NCBI GenBank assembly: GCA_900542825.1
Contig: UQOY01000001.1
Span: forward strand, 232,536 to 296,535
Length of the DNA: 64,000 bases
Source: an uncultured Collinsella sp.
GTDB lineage: Bacteria; Actinomycetota; Coriobacteriia; Coriobacteriales; Coriobacteriaceae
Reading direction: 5' to 3'
Notes under the pieces: model-generated
The model's database searches: none
What the model saw: only the letters and a program-made list of their open reading frames with translations
Told to the model about the DNA's origin: nothing
In this document: piece after piece, positions 56,872 to 64,000 of the stretch
Numbering within the stretch: position 1 is the first letter of the stretch
How the letters are laid out: the number at the start of each line of letters is the position of its first letter
Program-made: the position numbers and the translations under genes

Positions 56872-58335
56872 CTACACCGGAAGCATGCCAGAGATTGCCG
56901 TTACGATCAGGCCAAAGACGACCATGAAAATGAAGAACTTCCAAATGGTCTTCCACCATTGGCCAAACGAAATCTTAGCCACGGCAAGGCCGGCGACCGT
57001 CATGCCCGCCACGGGACTGATGGTGTTGATGGTCTGATTAGCAAACTGGAGCGCGGTAACGGCAGCTTCGGGATTGAGGCCCATAAGCTCGGTCAGCGGA
57101 CCCATGACGGGCATGGTGAGTGCCGCCAGGCCAGAACTCGAGGGAACCAGCAAAGAGAGCAGGCCAAGGACGATATACATAAACGTGGTGTAGACGGCGG
57201 CGGGTGCACCGGCGAGCGCAGTGGCGAGCGCCTGGAGGATGGTATCGATGATCATGCCGCCCTCGGCGATGACCAGAATGCCGCGAGCGATACCGATAAC
57301 GATGGCGGCGTACGCAAAGTCGGCAATGCCTTTAACGAACTCCTCAGCGATCGTCTGCTGGTCAAGACCGCCCAGGATACCGGCAAGCAAGCCCATGCCA
57401 AGGAACACGGCGGAAATCTCATTCATGTACCAACCCTGGGTAACAAGACCCCAGACGATAATGCCCATACCGCAGGCAAAATCGATAAGCACGAGCTTCT
57501 GACGGATAGTGAACTCTTCCTCGATGGAGGCATCGGTCACAGAAAACTCAACACGCTTGAGTTTATCATCCTCGTACGTAATGGACGACTCGGGGTTTTT
57601 CTTGACGCGCATAGCGTATCGCATGGCCCATGCGATACCGACGGCAGTGAAGATGACCCAAGAGATGGCACGCAGCCACAGCTGAGGATTGCCCTCGATG
57701 CCGATAATGCCCTGGGCGATCAAGACGTTAAACGGATCGATGGTCGAGGCACAATATCCCAGGTTAGGACCAAGGAAGCAGATGATGAATGCCGTCATCG
57801 AGTCATACCCGATACCCATCATGATGGGAATGAAGATGGCATAGAACGGTAGGGCTTCCTCAGACATGCCAAACGTAGTGCCGCAAATGGACAGCAACGT
57901 CATCGTGATGGGAATGATGAGGATGTCCTTGTTCTTGAGCTTTTTAATCACACGGCTCATGCCGGCATTCAAAGCGTTGGTCTTGGTGATGATTGCGAAC
58001 GATCCGCCAATCAATAAGACGAACGCAACGACGTCGGCAGCCTCTTGGATGCCCTTGGTGGGCGCTTGCAGGACCGCGAAGATATCCTGACCCAGATTGA
58101 TGGTCTCGCCGGTCTCGGAATCGGTGTAGTTCTTATCGACCTGTTCATAGGTTCCAGCAACGGCGACTTCACGCTCGCCCGCCGCTGTCGAAATCATCTT
58201 GCGCTGATACTGACCAGAGGGAACGATCCAAGTCAGGACCGCAAAGACAACGATCAGCAAGAACATGATCGTATAAACATGCGGTAATTTGAACTTAAAA
58301 CGTCTGTTTGTCTTCTTCGCCTTCGTATCTGACAT
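56872..58335 (-). CDS. YfcC/DcuC-family membrane transporter
   Basis: ~490 aa polytopic; start at MSDTKAKK, 6 nt after GGAGG. Confidence 0.7.
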   Translation of the reverse strand: MSDTKAKKTNRRFKFKLPHVYTIMFLLIVVFAVLTWIVPSGQYQRKMISTAAGEREVAVAGTYEQVDKNYTDSETGETINLGQDIFAVLQAPTKGIQEAADVVAFVLLIGGSFAIITKTNALNAGMSRVIKKLKNKDILIIPITMTLLSICGTTFGMSEEALPFYAIFIPIMMGIGYDSMTAFIICFLGPNLGYCASTIDPFNVLIAQGIIGIEGNPQLWLRAISWVIFTAVGIAWAMRYAMRVKKNPESSITYEDDKLKRVEFSVTDASIEEEFTIRQKLVLIDFACGMGIIVWGLVTQGWYMNEISAVFLGMGLLAGILGGLDQQTIAEEFVKGIADFAYAAIVIGIARGILVIAEGGMIIDTILQALATALAGAPAAVYTTFMYIVLGLLSLLVPSSSGLAALTMPVMGPLTELMGLNPEAAVTALQFANQTINTISPVAGMTVAGLAVAKISFGQWWKTIWKFFIFMVVFGLIVTAISGMLPV

Positions 58336-58553
58336 AGATACCTCCAAAGAACTCGAGACTGCATCGCATCTCGCTTCAACGCTTGCATAAGGCAAACGTT
58401 CTATGACGTTCTATAGATTAACAGCAGCTTTTCCCCTCATCAAGATAATTTCAAACTGATTGCCGCAACGCGGTTGAACGGTTGCGTTCGCGCCGTGAAC
58501 GGTATGGAGACGCCCGGTGAGATGATCCACCGGGCGTCTCCATTCGCAATGTC

Positions 58554-59297
58554 CTAGATGTCAAAAACGTAGCGAGACCCAACGATCCGCTGACGACCGA
58601 TGATAAACGGCCGCCGCTGCTCATCGAAAAAGAAGGCTTCCATATAAAACAAGGGTTCGCCAACGGGAACTGCCAACAGCCGAGCGACCTCGGGCGACGC
58701 GCACGCGATCTCGAGCGTGCACGGGTCGGTAAACGCGGGCGTACGGCCCGTCCGGTTGCACACGAACTCAAAAATGGATTGGTTCGATAGAGGTGCCGTT
58801 GATAGATAAGCGTTGTCCTCGTAAACGTATATGTTGTTCTCGAGCATGACGGGGACTCCATCGGCAGTACGCACACGCTCAACGCAAATCAAATCAGTTC
58901 CAACGGGAACACCAAAGAACTGCGCTTCGGTGGAATCCGCCGGCAGTATCTTTCTCGAAATGACGCGCGCCCCCGGTTCCATTCCGTTAACGCGGCATGC
59001 GTCCGAAAAACTCTGGACGTCATCCTTCTGGCGAATCTTGCGCTTGAGCTTGGGGGCATTGACAAACGTGCCTTTCCCCTGTCGCTTCGTTAGATAGCCC
59101 TGCTGGACGAGCTCCTCAATAGCACGTCGCACGGTAACGCGGCCAACTTTATAGCTCTCAGCCAATTCAAATTCGTTGGGTATCCGCGCGCCCGCCTTGT
59201 AGGCACCGGAGTTGATTTCGTTTTTAATGATATCGATAACCTGTTGGTACAGCGGAATCGCTGCTTTACCGTCAGTTAGCCCTTCAGTCGGTGGCAT
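58554..59297 (-). CDS. GntR-family transcriptional regulator (HutC/UTRA subfamily, FrlR-like)
   Basis: N-terminal GntR wHTH (LPNEFELAESYKVGRVTVRRAIEEL) plus UTRA effector domain. Confidence 0.85.
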   Translation of the reverse strand: MPPTEGLTDGKAAIPLYQQVIDIIKNEINSGAYKAGARIPNEFELAESYKVGRVTVRRAIEELVQQGYLTKRQGKGTFVNAPKLKRKIRQKDDVQSFSDACRVNGMEPGARVISRKILPADSTEAQFFGVPVGTDLICVERVRTADGVPVMLENNIYVYEDNAYLSTAPLSNQSIFEFVCNRTGRTPAFTDPCTLEIACASPEVARLLAVPVGEPLFYMEAFFFDEQRRPFIIGRQRIVGSRYVFDI

Positions 59298-59322
59298 ATA
59301 CCCTCTCCCAGCACAATTAAGT

Positions 59323-59369
59323 CTAAAGCGGGCTCAAGGGCATTCAACAAGCCCTTGAGCCCGCTTTAG
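59323..59369. terminator. 19-bp perfect stem hairpin (terminator of HAD gene; lies in GntR upstream region)
   Basis: ctaaagcgggctcaagggc-attcaacaa-gcccttgagcccgctttag. Confidence 0.6.
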
Positions 59370-59447
59370 CATAAAGTATGCTAGGTGTCGCACCAAAATG
59401 TCGGGCATTTACTCATCAGACCCGAAAAACGCGCAACTACCACGCTC

Positions 59448-60107
59448 CTAAGAAAGCGTGAGCAGCTCCGGCAGCTGGTCGATAATCTTGTCCGCGGCAT
59501 CCTGGCTAAAGCCAAAGCGCTCCTCGCGCTTGGCAATGACTGTCAGGCCGGCTCGCTTACCCGCGGTAATGCCCGGAACGGAATCCTCAACGCAGCAGCA
59601 GCGATTCGCGGGCAGCCCCAGCAGGTCCAGCGCATGCAGGTAGATGTCGGGCTCGGGCTTGCTCTCCCTAAACTGCTCGCCACTCACCACATACTCAAAG
59701 GCATCCGACAGTCCGCATGCGTTGAGCACTTCCTCGATGCTAACCATGGGAGACGAGCTGGCAAGCGCCACGCGAACGCCACGGCGCGGCAGCTCTCGAA
59801 TCGTATCCACGGCGCCTGGGTTAATCAAAGCCTGATAGTCGCGCGGACGCTTATGTGCCCACTCGTCCCAACGGGCCAACGCTTCCTCGCCAGTGAAATG
59901 CCCCTTACCGGCGCGCTCAAACCAATCGACCAGCATATGCAGGAAGAACTGATGCGAGGTGCCGACTTGCCCATTCAACTCCTCTTGAGTCAGGTTAAGC
60001 CCAAGCTCCTTGGCAAACGCGGCAGTCTCGCCCAGGTAATAATACTCGGTATCGACAATGACGCCGTCCATGTCAAAGATAACGGCGTCGAACGGAAATG
60101 CGGACAC
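59448..60107 (-). CDS. HAD-family hydrolase (beta-phosphoglucomutase-like phosphatase)
   Basis: FDAVIFDMDGV motif. GTG start 4 nt after GGGAGGG; the listed ATG start at 60155 is less likely. Confidence 0.8.
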   Translation of the reverse strand: MSAFPFDAVIFDMDGVIVDTEYYYLGETAAFAKELGLNLTQEELNGQVGTSHQFFLHMLVDWFERAGKGHFTGEEALARWDEWAHKRPRDYQALINPGAVDTIRELPRRGVRVALASSSPMVSIEEVLNACGLSDAFEYVVSGEQFRESKPEPDIYLHALDLLGLPANRCCCVEDSVPGITAGKRAGLTVIAKREERFGFSQDAADKIIDQLPELLTLS

Positions 60108-60170
60108 GGCACCCTCCCTAACAAAAGGGCGCCCGCAAGCGGACGCCCGAACCATGCACTATCGGCGATT

Positions 60171-61013
60171 CTAACCCAGCAGCTGGTCAAGCGCCACCGC
60201 AATGCCGTCTTCGTTGTTGTTGGCGGTCACCATCTGCGCCACGGCTTTGACCTCGTCGACGGCGTTACCCATGGCAACACCGGTACCCGCCCACTCAATC
60301 ATGGACTTGTCGTTCTGGCCGTCGCCAAACGATACGACCTCACTGGCATCAATGCCGAGCTTGAGCAGGGCACCCCCGAGCGCACGGGCCTTGTCGATAC
60401 CGGGCGCCGTGTACTCAAAGTACCAGTCGGCCGTAAACATGCCCGAAAGCGTCTGGGTAAAGGGCGCATACATTTCCTCGTAATGCGCCTGCAGGTAGGT
60501 CGGATCGCCCGCCGTCAGCAGCTTGTCCACGGGATACGTATCCACGACCTCATGCAAGCTCTCCACCTCGCGAATCTTAAGATCGCACGCATCGCGCTCA
60601 TACTTGACGATATTCTTCTGCGAGCCGTCAGGCAGCGTGATCATGCAATGGTACGAGTCCTCGACGTGCAAATCGCGACCGAGCGAAATCATAGGGATCA
60701 CGTCGAAATTGCGCAGGTGATCAATTAGACGGTGCAGCTCGTCAGCCTGCATGGCCTGGTCAAAAAGGACCTCATCGGTCTGAGCGTCGACCACATGCGC
60801 GCCATTAAAGGCAACTAGCAGACCGTCATGGTTTTGAAGGTCGAGCTCCTGCGCCAAGGCGTGCAGCCCCCATGCGGGACGGCCCGAAGCCAAGATGAGC
60901 TTAATGCCCGACTCCTGCACCGCGAGCAACTTCTCGCGCGTACGTGGGCTGATGACCTTTTGGTCGTTGGTGAGCGTACCGTCGATATCCATTGCGATGG
61001 CTTTGATTGCCAT
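60171..61013 (-). CDS. Cof-type HAD-IIB sugar phosphatase
   Basis: IAMDIDGTLTN motif; GGGAGG RBS before MAIKA. Confidence 0.8.
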   Translation of the reverse strand: MAIKAIAMDIDGTLTNDQKVISPRTREKLLAVQESGIKLILASGRPAWGLHALAQELDLQNHDGLLVAFNGAHVVDAQTDEVLFDQAMQADELHRLIDHLRNFDVIPMISLGRDLHVEDSYHCMITLPDGSQKNIVKYERDACDLKIREVESLHEVVDTYPVDKLLTAGDPTYLQAHYEEMYAPFTQTLSGMFTADWYFEYTAPGIDKARALGGALLKLGIDASEVVSFGDGQNDKSMIEWAGTGVAMGNAVDEVKAVAQMVTANNNEDGIAVALDQLLG

Positions 61014-61250
61014 ATATGCCTCCCTGTCATTGAACAAGCTTGCCTGAGCCATCATACAGAACACCCACGGCGGCTCTGTCTGCAACGGGAAAAATGTCAT
61101 ATTGTCCCAAACATGAACGGCGCGCCTTCGACGATTCCGATGCCCGTCGAAGCGCCCCCCGATACATTCCATCCTATCCAAATAGCAAAGGGCCCGCATC
61201 CCAACGGATACGGGCCCTTGTCGGCTATACGTTAGTTTTCGCAGCGAATC

Positions 61251-62945
61251 CTACTTGCGGTGAGCGCGGTAGAACTCGATGAGCGCCTGGGTCGAAGCGT
61301 CCTGCTCGGCCTTGGCGGCGTCGTCATGGAAGGCCGGGGTAATCTGCTTGGCAAGCTGCTTGCCCAGCTCGACGCCCCACTGGTCGTAGGAGTCGATGCC
61401 CCAGACCGTGCCCTCGACAAACGTGATGTGCTCGTACAGGGCGATGAGCTCGCCGAGTGCGAACGGGGTCAGCGTGTCGCCGAAGATCGAGGTCGTCGGG
61501 CGGTTGCCCTCAAAGCAACGAGCCGGGACGATCTGCTCGGGAGTGCCCTCGGCACGAACCTCGTCGGCCGCCTTACCAAAGGCGAGCGCCTTGGTCTGGG
61601 CCAGGAAGTTGCCCAGGAACAGCTCGTGCACGTCCTGACCGCTATCGGTCGCAGGGTTGGCGGTATTGGCGAAGGCGATGAAATCGGCCGGAACCACCAC
61701 GGTACCCTGGTGCAGCAGCTGGTAGAAGGCATGCTGGCCGTTGGTGCCGGGCTCGCCCCAGAAAATCTCACCGGTGTCGGAGGTCACGGCGCTGCCGTCC
61801 CAGCGGACATGCTTGCCGTTGGACTCCATGGTGAGCTGCTGCAGGTAGGCCGGGAAACGGTGCAGGTACTGGCAGTACGGAAGCACGGCGTGGCTCTTGG
61901 AACCGAAGAAGTTGACGTACCAGACGTTGAGCAGGCCCATCAGCGCGACGGCATTGTTCTCGAGCGGCGTGCTGCAGAAGTACTCGTCGATGGCGTGGAA
62001 GCCCTCAAGGAACTGCTGGAAGCGCTCGGGGCCGAGCACGACGATCAGCGACAGACCCACGGCGGAGTCGACGGAATAGCGGCCGCCGACCCAGTTCCAA
62101 AAACCGAAGGCGTTGGCGGGGTCGATACCGAAGGCCTCGACCTTTTCGAGCGCGGTGGAAACGGCGACGAAGTGCTTTGCCACAGCCTCGGCGTTCTGCT
62201 CATCGGAGCCATCGATGGCGCCCTGAGCCTTGAGCTGCTCGAGCATCCAGGTCTTGACCTCGCGGGCGTTGGTGAGGGTCTCGAGCGTGGTGAAGGTCTT
62301 GGAGACGATGATCACGAGCGTGGTCTCGGGATCCAGACCCTTGAGCTTCTCGGCCTGGTCGTTGGGATCGATGTTGGAGATATAGCGGCAGTCGATACCG
62401 GCGTCGGCGTAGGGACGCAGGGCCTCGTAGGCCATGACCGGGCCCAGGTCGGAGCCACCGATGCCGATGGACACCAGGTGCTCGATCTTTTTGCCGGTAA
62501 CACCCTTCCACTCACCGGAGCGCACGCGCTCGGCGAAGGCATACATGCGGTCGAGGACCTCGTGCACGTCGGCGACGACATCCTGGCCGTCAACGATGAG
62601 CTGGCCCTTCTCGCTTGCCGGGCGGCGCAGCGCGGTGTGCAGGACGGCGCGGTCCTCGGTGGTGTTGATGTGCTCGCCGGAGAACATGGCGTCGCGGCGC
62701 TCCTCGAGCTTCACCTCGCGGGCAAGATCGCACAGCAGCTTGACGGTCTCATCGGTCACCAGGTTCTTCGACAGATCGAAGTGCAGGTCACCGGCGTCAA
62801 AGCTCAGCTTGTTCACGCGCTCGGCATCGGCGGCGAACCAGGCCTTGAGGTCGATACCCTCGGCCTCGAGCTTCTCCTGATGAGCCTCGAGCGCCTTCCA
62901 AGCGGCAGTCGACGTAGCATCGATAGGTGCGGCAACAGTTGCCAT
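61251..62945 (-). CDS. pgi: glucose-6-phosphate isomerase
   Basis: Full-length PGI motifs ([21 protein letters not shown]); GAGGAGG RBS before MATVAAP. Confidence 0.9.
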   Translation of the reverse strand: MATVAAPIDATSTAAWKALEAHQEKLEAEGIDLKAWFAADAERVNKLSFDAGDLHFDLSKNLVTDETVKLLCDLAREVKLEERRDAMFSGEHINTTEDRAVLHTALRRPASEKGQLIVDGQDVVADVHEVLDRMYAFAERVRSGEWKGVTGKKIEHLVSIGIGGSDLGPVMAYEALRPYADAGIDCRYISNIDPNDQAEKLKGLDPETTLVIIVSKTFTTLETLTNAREVKTWMLEQLKAQGAIDGSDEQNAEAVAKHFVAVSTALEKVEAFGIDPANAFGFWNWVGGRYSVDSAVGLSLIVVLGPERFQQFLEGFHAIDEYFCSTPLENNAVALMGLLNVWYVNFFGSKSHAVLPYCQYLHRFPAYLQQLTMESNGKHVRWDGSAVTSDTGEIFWGEPGTNGQHAFYQLLHQGTVVVPADFIAFANTANPATDSGQDVHELFLGNFLAQTKALAFGKAADEVRAEGTPEQIVPARCFEGNRPTTSIFGDTLTPFALGELIALYEHITFVEGTVWGIDSYDQWGVELGKQLAKQITPAFHDDAAKAEQDASTQALIEFYRAHRK

Positions 62946-63068
62946 AGAGTCCTCCTCAGCATACGGGCGCACGCCTCCATGCGCCCGGACATTCAGATGC
63001 CACTATTCTAGCGCAGGTCAAGACTATAATCAGCGAGCGTTGCCAATCGGCCCCCAAACGGCAACCGA

Positions 63069-63098
63069 CCAAAAAGGGACAGGTTTATTTTGGCAGGT
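63069..63098. repeat. hairpin repeat element, partial inverted copy
   Basis: accaaaaagggacaggtttattttggcaggt is the reverse complement of the 18117 element with the left arm truncated. Confidence 0.55.
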
Positions 63099-63144
63099 CA
63101 AACGCTTTACCAATCAAAAATTACCTATCCCTTTATGCCAAATA

Positions 63145-63678
63145 TTAGGCCGCGGCGCACACGCTGCCGAGCAGCTCGCGCAGAGGAGACCCAATGCCCT
63201 CCAGCAGTTCGGGCGCGATGATGGCAAAAACGGGAACCTCGCCGGCGCCCACGACAGCAGGCACCTTGCCCTCCGAGACAATGCATCCATAAGGGACAAA
63301 ACCGTCTTCGCTGGCATCGAGCGCCGCCATGCGACGCGCGAGTTCGCGCGCAAAGCCGGCAGTATCGGCATCGCCAATCGCTAGGACAAAGTCCACGCCT
63401 TCGTCGGTCGCCAGGGCCACGGCTTCGTCGATCAGCTCGTCTCCCCCGTCGCCCTCAACCGAGCCGCAGCGGAAAAGCACGCGCTCGAGCAGAGCTCGAT
63501 CAACCGAGCCGAGTGCCGCCGAAACGAGCTCATCACGCGTGTGCTTGTCGCCTCCCAGCACGACCAGCGCCTTGGTGCCACCGTAGTGAGCGACCAATCG
63601 TCCGCACCAGCGAGCCACGTCTCCATCCGCAACAAGGCGCGTCGGCATACCAAACCCATAATTGACCATCTTTTCCAC
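63145..63678 (-). CDS. short Fe-ADH/DHQS-superfamily N-terminal-domain-like protein (possibly truncated remnant)
   Basis: 177 aa. KALVVLGGD and DFVLAIGDAD resemble the Rossmann-like N-terminal half of iron-containing alcohol dehydrogenases, but the GGGS motif and the C-terminal domain are missing. Confidence 0.3.
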   Translation of the reverse strand: MEKMVNYGFGMPTRLVADGDVARWCGRLVAHYGGTKALVVLGGDKHTRDELVSAALGSVDRALLERVLFRCGSVEGDGGDELIDEAVALATDEGVDFVLAIGDADTAGFARELARRMAALDASEDGFVPYGCIVSEGKVPAVVGAGEVPVFAIIAPELLEGIGSPLRELLGSVCAAA

Positions 63679-63796
63679 AACCCTTCCGTGCGTATAGGCG
63701 GATCAATCGTTAGACCCATGCTACGAAGCGAGGTTTTCCGAGCTGTTTCGCACTCTTTAGAGCTGCGTTAAAACCCGATGCAGCCGCAAAAACCAT

Positions 63797-63831
63797 ACCT
63801 GCCAAAACAAACCAGTCCCTTTTTGGCAGGT
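63797..63831. repeat. hairpin repeat element copy 3
   Basis: acctgccaaaacaaaccagtccctttttggcaggt. Confidence 0.7.
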
Positions 63832-63861
63832 TTTGACGATATCCGGACGAGCGGGTATTAT

Positions 63862-63891
63862 CGAACATGTATTCGATAAGAACATGTGTTT
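63862..63891 (+). promoter_or_regulatory. two tandem Cheo-type LexA (SOS) boxes
   Basis: cgaacatgtattcg and agaacatgtgttt match the Gram-positive/actinobacterial CGAACRNRYGTTYC consensus. Confidence 0.55.
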
Positions 63892-63904
63892 GATGGGAGG
63901 ACGC

Positions 63905-64000
63905 GTGGGACACGAGCGTCACACCTATATCTGCATCGACCTTAAGACGTTCTATGCCAGCGTCGAGTGCGTCGACCGCGGGCTCGACCCGCTCACTACG
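63905..64000 (+). CDS. Y-family DNA polymerase (DinB/UmuC/ImuB-like) N-terminus, runs off window end
   Basis: GGGAGG RBS 4 nt before GTG. ...HTYICIDLKTFYASVECVDRGLDP matches the Y-family palm N-terminal motif (DxDxFYASVE). Confidence 0.6.
   Translation, partial: MGHERHTYICIDLKTFYASVECVDRGLDPLTT

Noticed and set aside
55807-57852. 681-aa + strand ORF
   Set aside because: Antisense to the amidohydrolase and YfcC transporter genes.
61260-63011. 583-aa + strand ORF
   Set aside because: Antisense to pgi.
1-64000. CRISPR arrays, rRNA/tRNA genes, transposases, integrases, prophage genes
   Set aside because: No regularly spaced direct repeats, no tRNA cloverleaf or rRNA-like regions, and no transposase or integrase-like ORFs were found. 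The short hairpin repeats are reported as REP/MITE-like repeats, not as mobile elements.

Overview
High-GC (~60-65%) bacterial chromosomal segment with about 60 genes on both strands. Gene content (pta-ackA fermentation genes, DapH acetyl-branch lysine pathway, ECF transporter, Cheo-type SOS boxes, AGGAGG-type RBSs, fructosamine catabolism genes) suggests a gut Actinobacterium, possibly of the Coriobacteriia; this is inference only. Genes called: UDP-galactopyranose mutase (partial), pta, two tandem acetate-kinase paralogs, MFS+LysR on a low-GC island, HIT, xseAB, Zn-metallopeptidase, RNase D, DAG-kinase-family lipid kinase, secreted C69 dipeptidase, an ECF transporter operon (S + fused A1A2 + T) preceded by a Trp-codon leader peptide and attenuator, aspartate racemase + ATP-grasp ligase, coiled-coil cell-wall protein, Ser/Thr kinase, HTH protein, FxLYD protein, a cluster of a DCR/BaiH-family flavin oxidoreductase + split aconitase-X + M20 peptidase + MFS (with M20D amidohydrolase opposite), a lysine riboswitch in front of an in-frame lysA-dapA fusion followed by dapB-dapH, a RelE/Phd toxin-antitoxin pair, nucleoid protein, Mbeg1-like hydrolase, ldh, aminotransferase, nadE, two low-complexity proteins, ettA, SdpI/ArsR pair, tcdA, tatD, a fructosamine-type locus (PfkB kinase, SIS deglycase, TIM-barrel epimerase, amidohydrolase, YfcC transporter, GntR), two HAD phosphatases, pgi, and the start of a LexA-box-controlled Y-family polymerase. 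No rRNA/tRNA, CRISPR array, transposase or integrase was found. Several long inverted repeats and a small family of hairpin repeats sit in intergenic regions.
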